Of a DNA stretch of 64,000 bases, positions 1-11,199 are shown piece by piece. Numbering within the stretch: the stretch's first letter is position 1; the number at the start of each line of letters is the position of its first letter. The notes beneath the pieces are model-generated. The model was not told where the DNA came from. It saw only the letters and a list, made by a program, of their open reading frames with translations, and did no database searches. The translations under genes and the position numbers were made by a program. Origin of the DNA: Malacoraja senta. Its lineage: Eukaryota. Location: contig CM075988.1 in NCBI GenBank assembly GCA_038087875.1, positions 12,092,001 to 12,156,000 of the forward strand, written 5' to 3'.

Positions 1-450
1 AATTTGAGACATTTTCATTGGATTCTCAGTCTTAATGACTGCATTTTTCGAACAATGTAGTGTGGACCCTTTCTGCAATACTGCAGCAGCTGTCACAGAT
101 GAATGCAGAGTTCTGACATGAAGAGGCAATGATGAGCATGATTGTACTCTGAGAAAATGAATTGCACAGCTAATGAAAGAAGAATGAAATGCTTTAACTG
201 GGGGTGGGGGGGGGGGGGGCATTCAATGGAATAAGCGTTATTTTGATCGCTCTTGTGTCAGTATATCCAGTAATTGCATCAAACCATCTCTGTGGAGTGA
301 AGAAATAAATGTATTTGTACATCTAGCAAATTAGGAGCCTCCTGTTTACGGTATGCTACTTCCACTTAAAACATTCCAGTAGTCAGCTGCAGCAAACCAC
401 ATAGTCTAGCTGTCACTGTGGGGATCCTTAGCAATCATGGGATTGTTTTA

Positions 451-637
451 GACACAAAAAGCTGCAGTACTCAGCGGGACATACAGCATCTCTGGAGAGA
501 AGGAATGGGTGACGTTTCGGGTCGAGACCCTTCTTCAGACCCAACCCGAACCGAAACGTCACCCATGTCCCGCTGAGTTACTTCAGCTTTTTGTGTCTAT
601 CTTTGGTTAACACCAGCATCTGCAGTTCCTTCCTACA
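451..637. mobile_element. Non-autonomous Penelope-like (PLE) derivative with inverted arms
   Basis: Arms gacacaaaaagctg..ctcagcgggaca and tgtcccgctgag..cagctttttgtgtc are reverse complements. Exact 15-bp target-site duplication catgggattgtttta at 436-450 and 638-652. The same terminal sequence is attached to the GIY-YIG fragment at 15377-15826. Confidence 0.85.
506..543 (-). ncRNA. Minimal type I hammerhead ribozyme motif (PLE-associated)
   Basis: Minus strand reads UGGGU-CUGAAGA-A-GGGUCUCGACCC-GAAAC-GUC-ACCCA. This gives a 5-bp stem I, CUGANGA core, stem II hairpin, GAAA, a GUC cleavage triplet, and a loopless palindromic helix III (ACGU). Confidence 0.65.
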
Positions 638-699
638 CATGGGATTGTTTTATCTCCTTGGCATGAATTTCAATGTTTTAAGCTCCAATCTTAACCTGA

Positions 700-1667
700 C
701 CAAATGAGCAAGTGATTGGGGGTTCATTGGAAACTTATACCATCATTTAATCTCTCCCAAATGTTTTCTGATATTCAATAACTTAGGTTAAGACTAGAGA
801 CGAGAAATAAAGAACAATTACTTTTCCACCGTATTCTAAAACTATAAATGGATGTAATAGAAACATTGGAATATATGACAGATCTGCCGATATTTATAGG
901 ATTTGAGGGAAAATAAAAACAAACCACTGGAGGAACTCAGCAATCATGCAGCATCTTTGAAAATAGATGAACGGATGATGTTTGGGATTAGGACCCTTCA
1001 GATTATTTGTGGAAGGAAATAAATTGTATTTTTGGTCAAGATTGCCAGCATCTGCAGTCCCTTGCATCTCCATTTAAAAGATCTTTGTCAGACAAGAGGA
1101 AAATGCATGAGATATAATATAAAGAGAGGAGCCGAAGATGCAGCAACTGAAGTAACACATCTTGACGCATGGAATTGGCCTGTGCTTTTCCAGTCGCATT
1201 TTTTAATTGACTTGATTTGAACACAGTTGATGTATACTGGTGTCATCCATAACTAAATGTTGGTGAACAATAGATAGAGGTCAACAACAATGTCTGAAGC
1301 AAAGAGGTCTGGCTATTATACAATTTACAAATTTATATGTAGTTTGGGTAACCATGACACATTGATCTGAAGCATGAGGGATGATGCTTATGATATAGTG
1401 AAAGTCAGCCTTTATTGTATTAATAATTACAGAGTGGATATAGACAAAATGCTCCATGTCCCTGCAGATTATCTTGACAAAGCATGGCTGTCCAAATGAG
1501 CAAGTGAGTGGGCAACTATTGGAAACCAACAAAGTCATTTGATCCCTCCCAAATGTTGATGCTCACTAACAGGCCAAGACTAGGAACTGGATAATTGATA
1601 AAAGAACAATTACATTTCCACATTGTTCTTGAACTATCAATGGAAGTAATTGAAATATTAGAACATA
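700..1667 (+). repeat. Diverged direct duplication of about 175 bp (700-875 and 1492-1667)
   Basis: Collinear shared blocks: ccaaatgagcaagtga, attggaaac, ctcccaaatgtt, aagactag, aaagaacaattac, tttccac, aactat.aatgga.gtaat.gaaa.att.gaa. Confidence 0.8.
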
Positions 1668-2149
1668 AGGGGAAATTTGACTGCTTTGATAGCATGCAAT
1701 CTGGCAACATTGTCTTGGCTTGGTCCAACTAATATAAAGCATGAATAAACTCTACTCAATTAATTCTCACTAGTCAATTTTCTGTTTTGATTCTGCTATA
1801 AATCTCACATTAATTGGTGTCAATTCAAACAACTCATCACAAGAAGCTCAGAAACAGAATTTGATGGCAGTAATTGCTCACCAAAGTGGGTGACTGTTAC
1901 TTGGTCACTTCATCATACCCAGATGACAGATATAAAAAGAGAGTGCAACATATCTAGTTCAGTTTAATGCGTTCTCTCAATTTTCCTGTTTGTCCGAGTC
2001 TGTGGGACGGGGGTTGTTGAGTAACACCAGTATTGAAAATTAGAACACTTTGATGTCAGAAGTAATTCTTTAAGCTACTTTAAATTTTATTGCTTTTGTG
2101 TATTTGGATTTATAAGAAATGACGGGGACATTGAAACAACTGTTTGTTC

Positions 2150-2445
2150 ATCATGTCGGGGTCACCAATGTAGCAGTACCAAACGTGGTGAACAAACAGT
2201 TGCTTTATTCAGACATTACATGGTTGGTGTACATGCAAGTTTGGTCCTCTAACATACTGAGTCGTTGCTGCTGCTGCTGAGCGAGTGTGTTGACTCGAGC
2301 TCAGCTACCTGTTGACTCATGATCTCAAGGTGAGATCTGCTTGTGTAGCAGGACACGCCCCTTAACCCATGACGTCACGTGACAGCCCTTGTAACCACTG
2401 ACGAGGGTTCGAAAGTAAGCGGTCGCACCATCAGCTGACGCCACA
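2150..2445 (-). mobile_element. 5' LTR (2169-2445) plus tRNA-Trp primer-binding site (2150-2167) of a Gypsy-type LTR element; internal region lost
   Basis: Minus strand LTR runs TGTGGC...GCTACA with AATAAA at 2204-2209. After 1 nt comes TGGTGACCCCGACATGAT, 17/18 complementary to the vertebrate tRNA-Trp 3' end as I recall it (ATCACGTCGGGGTCACCA). U3 carries TGACGTCACGTGAC (overlapping CRE and E-box). Confidence 0.8.
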
Positions 2446-2619
2446 GTAGATTGAATTGATCACGGATTTTTGGCATGTGTCATTGCTTTCCTTTTTCAAA
2501 AACAGACCATGCCTCATTGTCACACCCCATGGTAGTATTGCTACATTGACATTAAATGCTGCCTCCCCCCACCCATGGTCACCATCATGGACCTATCTTT
2601 GCTTTAAATGCGATACCAG

Positions 2620-3510
2620 TTGCAAATAGATAACAGATGACATGAAGGTGGAAAGAATGCAGAGATAATTCACAAGGATGTTACCAGGAGTGGAGGGCTT
2701 GAGTTGCAATACGAGGCTGAATCGGCTGGAACTCTTTTCTCTGAAGTGTAGGAGGCAGTGACTTTACAGAATTTTCTAAAGTCATGAGCTGCCCAGGTAA
2801 GATTTATGCTGACCACCTTTTTTCCCCAGAGTAGGGAGGTATCAAAAATAAGAGTACTTAGGTTTAAGGGGAGAGAGGAAAACACTTTAAAAGGGATCCA
2901 AGGAGCGATTTCTTCACACAGACAATGGTGCATGCATGGAACGAGCTGCCAGAAGAAGCTATAGAGACAGGTAAAATTACAATGTTTAAATGACATTTGG
3001 ACAGGCTAGAAAAGGTTGAAAGGGATATGGGCCAAACACAGACAAATGGGATTTAGTTTGGATAGACATCTTAGTTCGCAAGGACAATTCTTCTTCCTCG
3101 TGTCAGGCCATCTTCTATATCACGTCTTTCGTCAGTGACGGTTGACGGTCGGTGGTTTCAGAATTGGCTACCTCAGTCAGTCACTGTGGTACAGTTTCTG
3201 TCATCAGCATTGCCCGGGATGCGCCACGTGGAGGCTTCTGCTAGCATCCCGCAAGGACAATGACCCAATGGTCCTTTTATTCCCACATTGGCAAAGTGTA
3301 AACACACAGTGAAATTATTTTCTTACAAACTGTCCAATAGAGGATTGCCATACCTGAGCACATCCCCCATTAGCAGAATGTACAGAAATAGTCTACCAAT
3401 CCCGTGTGCAAATTTCACCATGTTTTGGCCCCATCTTTAGAGTCCAGTCCACTCTCTTGGTATTGTTAAGTTGGGCTGAAGGGCCTCTGTCCATATTCTA
3501 CGACTCTAAT
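2620..3510 (+). mobile_element. CR1 LINE 3' fragment interrupted by younger insertions
   Basis: Typical CR1 3' sequence (ttcacaaggatgttaccagg...ggaacgagctgccaga...gggatatgggccaaac). It resumes at about 3468 (aagttgggctgaagggcc). Confidence 0.8.
3089..3249 (-). mobile_element. Short retroposed insert with (GAA)n tail, family unassigned
   Basis: Exact 12-bp TSD cgcaaggacaat at 3077-3088 and 3250-3261. Minus-strand 3' end reads ...cctgacacgaggaagaaga. Confidence 0.75.
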
Positions 3511-4209
3511 GGGTAGCATAAACTGAGGCCCCATTCACAGACTGTTCTGTTGGCATTCTGACTGAGCAACTGGTCAAAAGACTTTTCTCCGTTGTCCCAG
3601 GTGTTTCTTTTGATCAGTGACATTTGAAAATAGTTGATTTTTATTGTTGAAAACGTGAAACACTCGTTGTACAGCTATTTAGTTTGATAAAATATGCAGT
3701 GAATCAAAGAAAAATGAAGCCCAACCCCGCAGCCCAGTGTTCCGTAACTTCAAACATATTTGTTTCATTCCATGCTTTTCACCTTGTTATCACATTGTAC
3801 GGATCCTGTGCCAATTGAATTGGTAATATATTTTGTTAAAGATGAAGAGAAAAAATATCACCAAGGGACGATGATGTAAGTGAAAGATAATAATGCACAT
3901 GTGAGATGTAAAATGAATGTTATGATTGATGGTAAGTACAAACTCAGTGCTGAGCAACAATGAACAAATCAATGGTGATGTGTGTTTAAAGGACAATATT
4001 GAACTAAACTACTGAGGTGATCCTCTCAGTAAATAATTGGTGCAACCTCCTTTAGATTTTTGTGTGAAGTTTTTGGATAGTAGTGGACAAAAAGGACATT
4101 GGAATGGTTTGATAAAAAGCAGTCGGTATGATAAAAGTGTTGGTGGAATTGAATGCAGAGTGCAATTATGTACAGTTCATTTTCTACATGTCTTTACAGT
4201 TTCAGAAAG

Positions 4210-5000
4210 AAAAACTTAGCCTTTCTAATCTCTCCCGCATTCAGGCATCATCCTGGGGAATCACTTCTGCAGCTCTCTCTGTTGTGCAATGTGGTGGCCT
4301 GAATGCTACACAGTGCGGTCTCACTAATGCTTTGTACAGCTGCAGTCTAATGTCCCAACTCTTATATTCAATACCTTGTCCTATTAAAGCAAGCACACCA
4401 AATGCCCTTCACCACTCTATCTACCTGAGTCATCACTTTCAGCAAAGTCTAACAGAGATGTGTGACACAGAGAATGGTGGGTGCTGGGAACACACTGCCA
4501 CACTGATGGTGGAGGAAGAACTTTTTTGACATTATCGGAGGTTTTTAGATTGGCACGTGGATATGCAGGGAATGAAAGGAGATGGGTCATGTGCAGGCAG
4601 AGGGGATTAGTTTAATTTGATTTGATGTTCCGCATGGACATTGTGGACCGAAAGTTGTTCCCGTGCTGCACTCTTTCATGTTCTGTGGACTTGCAACTCA
4701 ATTTCTCTCCATATGTGAACGGTGTGTGAAGGTCTTCACCATTTGATCTACCTTTGTACTAGATTTGATCTACTGGAATTTGTCTTTCCAGGGGACATTA
4801 CCTGATACATCTCTGGATTAAATTGAATCTTCCACCACTTCACCCAACTTTTCATCTTATCTATTTCCTGCTCTATGCTCAGACAATTTTTGCAATCCAC
4901 AACTCCACCAATTTTTGTGTTGATTTGGTAATCCTACCTACCACCGACCTTCTCATTATCCTACCACCTACAATTCCATCCAGGTCATGTACAAATTCTA
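4210..5000. mobile_element. Cluster of degraded CR1 fragments in both orientations
   Basis: CR1-like motifs: cactaatgctttgtacagctgca, atgtcccaactcttatattca, gggtgctgggaacacactgcca, and a 3' tail at 4560-4685. Confidence 0.6.
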
Positions 5001-6339
5001 CATTTTAGTTCATTTATCAAAAATAAGCATGGGTACATTTTCAGTCAATCTATTTCATTTTGCTACCGATCAATTTGTGGAAAAGGATTTGTGGAAAACC
5101 TCAATGCAGTTTAATGGAAGCAATTTGAACTCATTCATTTAAATGCAATTTTATGTTTTATTCATCAACAGTATTTTGTATGCAAAAAGTAGAGTGTTAT
5201 GTGAAGGTATAATGCAAACTGGGTATTTTATGCTTGGGATAAATGTGGCTTGAGACCCATGCACCTAGAAATTCATTTTTGTTTCCATGACTAAATAAAG
5301 TATCATTGAGCACTGAACTCCATTACAGCGGCTGGAATCAACCTGGACTTTAGGACCAAAAGGAATTTCTGGCAGTTGCCCAATGTGATATTCAGCACCC
5401 CCACCTAAAGATACATTTCTAGTTTCCTTCTGAGGTTTTTCCTTGTATCATCTGGGTTTGTTGCAGACTGATTGGCAGAGATTGATTGCTATGATTTGGT
5501 TAATATAACCAATGTTATGCACCATTATGTTATGCGCCAAAGAGCAGGTAGAGTGAATTGTATGGAATTCGGCTTTTTTTGTTGAACAGCACTATGTTTC
5601 AGCTCGGAGGCTGAGCTTTGCAAAATGATTGAATCTTTTGCATTATGTTTTGCACCACCTTGCCCTAGAGATGTTATGGGTTCTCAAGCCTCTGCCTCAC
5701 AGGAAATAATGTAGCTTGGGTATTAAGGGAACTGAGAGAGATGGAGGTGGAGAAAGTAAGTGGCATTGAGCTTGAAGGTAGGTCATGATTTGACACTGTG
5801 TTGGAGCAAGCTCAAAGGATCACATGGCTGACTACTTGTAGTCTTGTGTCCTTACAAAGGCTGGATGTACTGGTAATGAGGGGGTCCACTTAAGCAGTAT
5901 TGGGCTCTGAGGCACAATGTAAATGTTTTTGATCTGTAGAGAAGGGCTGTTATGCGACTGATTGTCATTCCTTCCAGTGACATTCTTAGACCAGATGGTT
6001 GGAATGCAATTGTGTTATTCTTCACCGTGTCATGACATGTTTGAGGGATATTTTAACCTAATTATGAAGTTTGGATTAAAACAAAAACAACAGTGGAGGA
6101 GCAACTCTGCTGTGGGATTTTTTTATCCTACTTCTGGGTACAGGGGTCAGAAAAACAGATGTTTTCTGATCTCAATATTCAGAATTGGGATCAGAAAATG
6201 CAAAGGCTGAGTTCTCCAGCTGCAGCTCATGAAGTCTGCACAAAATCCAATGATGAATCAAAAACACTGAGTTCAGTAACCAAGCCCAAGTCTTGAGGAG
6301 ATTCTCCAGCTTCAACAGGCAATGGGGCAACCGCTTACA

Positions 6340-6790
6340 TTCAGTGTATCACTGCACCGAGACACAGTGAATTTAGATTTTTGTTTGCAATTCAGTTAAA
6401 TCATGCATATGTGATGACACTCAAAACCAGATTTGAGTACAACAAATAGTGCAAAACAGAATGGGATTAGTGCAGACTATGGCAATACAGCTACAGGGAA
6501 ATTGCAGATAAACATGTACAAGGGCAGCAACAAGGTAGATTGGGGGATCGGGAATACATCTTTGCTTTATGAGAGGTTTATACCAGTGTGGAAGAAGCCT
6601 TTGTATCTTCTGCCAGAAGGGAGAAGGAATGACCTGCGTGCGAACGGTCCTTTATGATATTGGCTGCATTCCCAAGGCAGTGTGACATGTAGATAGTCAC
6701 TGTTGGTGGAGGCTGGTTTGTGTGGATGGGGCTGGGTTCACAACACTGCAATTTATTGTGGTCTGGGGCCGAGCAGTTGCCATTCCAAAG
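6340..6790 (-). mobile_element. Rex1/L2-type LINE 3' fragment
   Basis: tggaagaagc..tctgccagaagggagaagg..ttcccaaggcagtgtga. Similar to the minus-strand fragment at 19850-20230 and the reverse complement of 40336-40770. Confidence 0.6.
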
Positions 6791-6852
6791 ATAGACACAA
6801 AGTGCTCGAGTAATTCAGCGGGTCAGGCAGCATCTCATGGTTCTTCTTTCTT

Positions 6853-7091
6853 GTTTAGAAATACAGTGTGGAAACTGGCCCTTCGGCCCACTGACTCAGC
6901 ACTGACCAGCAATCCCCGCACACTAACACTACCCTCTACACACTACGGGTCAATTTATCAAGCCAATTAACCTACAACCCATGCGGTAATGGGGAGAACG
7001 TCCAAACTCCGTACAGACAGCACCCGTAGTCGGGATTGAACCCAGGTCTCTGGCGCTGCAAGTGCTGTAAGACAGCAACTCCACCGTGCCG
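6853..7091 (-). mobile_element. tRNA-derived SINE (HE1/V-SINE-like)
   Basis: Minus strand has a tRNA-like head (GGCACGGTGG...GGGTTCAATCC), the central gtacggagtttg..ttctcccc domain and a CR1-like tail gggccgaagggcc..gtatttctaaac. Confidence 0.85.
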
Positions 7092-8185
7092 TCTAGACTT
7101 GGCGTGTGAAGAAGAAAAACTATTTTGCCAAAATGAAGCAAAGCCTTTCCAAAATTTTATGAAAAATTGATGAAGAATACTGAAGCCTAGTGAAGTAGGC
7201 ATGGACCTTTCAAATCTCTAACCGAGTTCAGATCCAAATAAATTTGGGAACTACTAATCCCTCACAGCAAAAGTAAGGATAGTTACGTTGTTTCGTTTCG
7301 ATTGTCCTTTGTTCAAAATGTCGTTTCGAGCAGGCTTATAATTATGATAGATGTCAAATAAATCTTATTAGTGGTTCTTGTGAGTTTGTCGAAGTTAGAT
7401 GCTAGTGAAGATGGCTGGGGTAGAATAGGGATCTCTGTCTGTGATGTGAAAATCCGTGATGTTGGTGCTTTCTGCCTGAAATATAATGCATTGGTTCTGA
7501 CGACTGACCACTCATCTTGATGAGCATATAAAAAAAAATAATTGATGAAAGTAAACCTAAATCTGTCAGTGGTTTGAAGGAAGCCACTGAGTAAGGACCC
7601 CTGAAGATAGCGGTGACCTCCAGAGTCCCAGCAAACGAGATTGAGGACTTAATTGTCTCATTAGGTGTCTATTTTATATGACTTTAACTGCATGTCGAGG
7701 GAATGAATTAGAATTGTATGCAGCATAAAATACCCATGTCATTGTCACAGCAGATGATTAATAGATTTTGGAAAGGATTTGGTTTGGATATGTCATATTG
7801 AAAACAATTTAAATATATATTTGCATTGATTATTCTGCAGTTTTGTTTATGCACATGCTCAATTATATATGAACTCAATAATTACATTGAATTTGAAACG
7901 ACTGTCTGAATGCATGACATTGTTCAGAGATGGCTGGCACGAGTGACAGGCAGACTCTGTAATCTCTTGTGCCAAACAGGAGGATACAGTAAAACTTTGT
8001 TAACTCCACACGCTCGGGACTTTGGTGTCAGAGAGGCTGATTTCCAGACTGTTGGATGTTGTTCCTATTAATACTCCAAGACAACTTTAATTTTCTTTTT
8101 TGTGATGTTGTGCTATGGTCAGAATTTTTCCAGTGAATCTTGTGGGTTTCAAGGGAGCAGAGGATCTAGTTCCCAAAGTGTTTAA

Positions 8186-8258
8186 CCTGTTCAGTGCCAC
8201 CCCCGAGTAATCTCGGGTCAGAGTATACAAGTGAAAAACAATCTTGGCAGTGAACAGG
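8186..8258. mobile_element. 73-bp piggyBac-like mini-MITE
   Basis: TTAA at 8182-8185 and 8259-8262. 14-bp TIRs CCTGTTCAGTGCCA / TGGCAGTGAACAGG with 1 mismatch. Internal palindrome cccgag-taat-ctcggg. Confidence 0.75.
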
Positions 8259-9864
8259 TTAAGGGGGCACTTGTAATGGCATCCTGTGACCCAGATGCGG
8301 AACCATTGGTATTTCTGAACAATTGGATCACAAATTATTAAAGTTTTATTGTAGTTGTCTGATTGTTTACTGTTAATAACATGCATGCATGCATGGCATA
8401 TGTCAGGAAGCATTGCTTTGAGAATGGGTAGGCATGTGATATCTCTGGAGAAATAATTGTGTTGCTTATGTGAAAAGCATTGATTGAAGGAGAACTCTAA
8501 GTCGAGATTCTCATGGAACATATGGAGCAAATGTTTATCTCATAATTTGCAAGCCAAACTTTCCATTGTGTCAACATCTTCAGAGTTGCCATTGATGAGA
8601 AGCAGCAGGCATATAAACAACGAGAGCAGATCAGTGAGGCTAGATATTTGATGACTACCTTGCCTCCTGTCTCCCTAAAACTTTCAAGGAGAGTGCTAGT
8701 GGTAATATTAACGATATGATCCATTCCAACAACTCATCCAAGTTTTTGTTAGACAGTTCTTCCAAAGTCCGAGGCTGTTTAAAAAGATAAAGGGGTGGGC
8801 AGATGCATGGAAATTTGCAAGTTTCCCTGTAGGTCACCAATATTGCAGTTTGATCGTTGTTTCTTCAATTTTATTGAGGAAAAGTCGTCATGTTCAATAG
8901 ATCCACTCAAGAATATTTAATTACTGTCTGAATGCATCCATAAACATAATAGATGGCTGGCAACTAATTTTGCCATCGACCACAAAGTGAGGCCAATGAT
9001 TTTGCTGAATTAACGCAGCCTAAATTGTTCTGAGATAACAATTATTTGCATCAGAATCCAACAATTCTCCAGTGTATTGAGACATTGTTGAGTTTTGGGC
9101 TAGTTCAGTTGTTATGGTGTTAATTATATCTGGAATGTTAAAAAAAAAAATAAGAGGATTGAAATGAAAATCCAATCTTGAGCAGCTTTTATGTTAATGT
9201 TATTTTAAATTGGATACTGGTGTCTGGGAGATGGGGAAAAAAGCCATTTATAGTACAAAATCTAACTCCCTTATCAAAGCGACAACTTGTAAACTCAGGA
9301 AAACTGTATTAAATGCTGTTTGCATTTCATTTTGCCATTTACCTTATTTTCTAATGTATTTTCCATTTATTACTCTTGCTCATTTGTACTATAACCTTTT
9401 ACTTGGGTTGAGTGAGAAATTGAATGGTGTAATGAATTGGGATTTGTTCGTGAGCCAGGATTTAAATGCATTCAACATTTGCACAACAGTAGCCTATACA
9501 TTTGGGTTCCTCCATTGAAAAGAGGGCTACTTTGTTTATGCTGTATATTAACAGGCTCATGTTTGCATGCACAAAACAAGCATCTGCAGTTCCTTCTTAA
9601 CCTAGGTTTCTTATTCACTTTTTAATGGGGTAAAGATGGCAGGGAGATGCATGGAGTCAGCAAAAGAATTTTAGCATAGCCTTCACAATCTTGAGAATCT
9701 GAATTTTATTCCAATGTGAAAGGAGATTTGGAGTGCAACTAGCATCTAAATGGCTATTCAAAGTGGTGAATCATTCATTTCCAAATAATATATGGTGCCA
9801 TTATGTCGAAAAGAAAAGGTCTCCAAAAGGAAATAAACAGCCAAGTATTGGCCAAGTAAACATC

Positions 9865-9977
9865 TAAGTCTGAAGAAGGGTCTCGACTCGAAACATCACC
9901 CATTCCTTCTCCCCAGAGATGCTGCCTGTCCCGCTGAGTTACTCTGGTTTAAACCAGCACTTGCAGTTCCTTCCTAC
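9865..9977 (+). mobile_element. PLE-derived short element
   Basis: ctgaagaagggtctcgactcgaaacatcacccattccttct...gttccttcctaca. Flanking repeat caagtattg at 9842-9850 and 9978-9986. Confidence 0.75.
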
Positions 9978-11199
9978 ACAAGTATTGTTAATGTTAATCA
10001 AATGAAATTAACATGGTTGGATTCACAAGTTCAGGGTCCTCAAACTGAAATAATAGTGCTAACAATGTTCTTTGCCACCTGAGGAAGCTGCTCCACTTAC
10101 AAGCTCACAGCGGTTGTCTGCTGGCTGAAGCTGCAAAGTAAATTAGACTGGGTTGCCTGCAACAGATTGGGTTGTCAAAGTTGGACATTGTGACTGACGT
10201 GTGTTAACACAAGTCAATCTTTCTGTGCTCCAAGCAAACATTTCATATCTTTGTAAAGTTGACACCAGATGTCATACGAATAGAGTCATACAGCATGCAA
10301 ACAGGTCCTTTGGCCCAACTTAAACATGCCAGCCAAAATGCCCCATCTAAGTCCATCCCCTTTGCCTGCATTTGGCCCATATCCCTCAAAACCTTTCCTA
10401 TCTATGCACCTGTCTCAGTGTATTTTAAATGTCGTAATTATGCCTGCCACAACTACTTCCAAATGTAAAATTGTTTGCCAGAAGTTGGTCAAAATCATCC
10501 TTTTGCTTCAATTACCTGTAAGACAAGTAGGATTATAAATTCTGGACGGATGGCAGTGGGAGGAGAGGAGTTGTAAGCAATAACAACAAGGAACACACTG
10601 CAGCTTAAAATAGACGCGTTAACATAAGTGATAAACAATAATGGACAGCAATCCTGCTTTTGTCTCCATTTATTCACCAGTCATTTTCAAAGGGTTATTG
10701 GAATGATGGTGATTCATGCAGCGGTAGAGCTTCAGCTGAAGTGAAAGATGAAAAATGGCTTTTGGATGATGGAGCAAGTTCCAATCTCATTTTCTCATCC
10801 TTCCAAGGACTTGGAAGTCCTTGAGTATCCAGCTTTATCACTGTTGTCATATTTATGTGCAGGTTGAGTATTGATTTAAAGCTATTCTATTTGGGTACAT
10901 TTTCGAACAATAATTTATAAATGTTATTTCTATTATAATAAATGCTTCAAGTTTCAGTGATTCTAATTAAGTACATAAAATATTTCAGATCTTTAAAAAT
11001 AGGTAGAAATGTATTCTGATTTACACATGAATGCTATTTCCAAGTACAATATAATATCTGTAACTTATAACAAGGTATTTTTTGGATAAGGATGAAATTG
11101 GTGCTTGGAGTTTATTTTTATTTGCACCTACCAACTGGGTCCTAAACACAGTTACAAGATTTTCTAAAGCAGTTAGAAAATGAACAAAGTTCTAAGTTG

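Noticed and set aside
2398..2420. ctgacgagggttcgaaagta, hammerhead-like core in the LTR
   Set aside because: No convincing stem I or helix III pairing.
3842..3875. Possible 34-nt exon (ttttgttaaag...gtaagt)
   Set aside because: Weak pyrimidine tract, no recognisable peptide, and no partner exons.
7985..8075. TACAGTAAAAC start resembling a Tigger/pogo end
   Set aside because: No matching right TIR was found; too degraded to call.
10101..10130. Possible 30-nt minus-strand exon (LQPADNRCEL) with ttgcag and gtaagt sites
   Set aside because: The splice-like motifs are plausible but expected by chance in 64 kb. The peptide is not recognised; RNA-seq would be needed.
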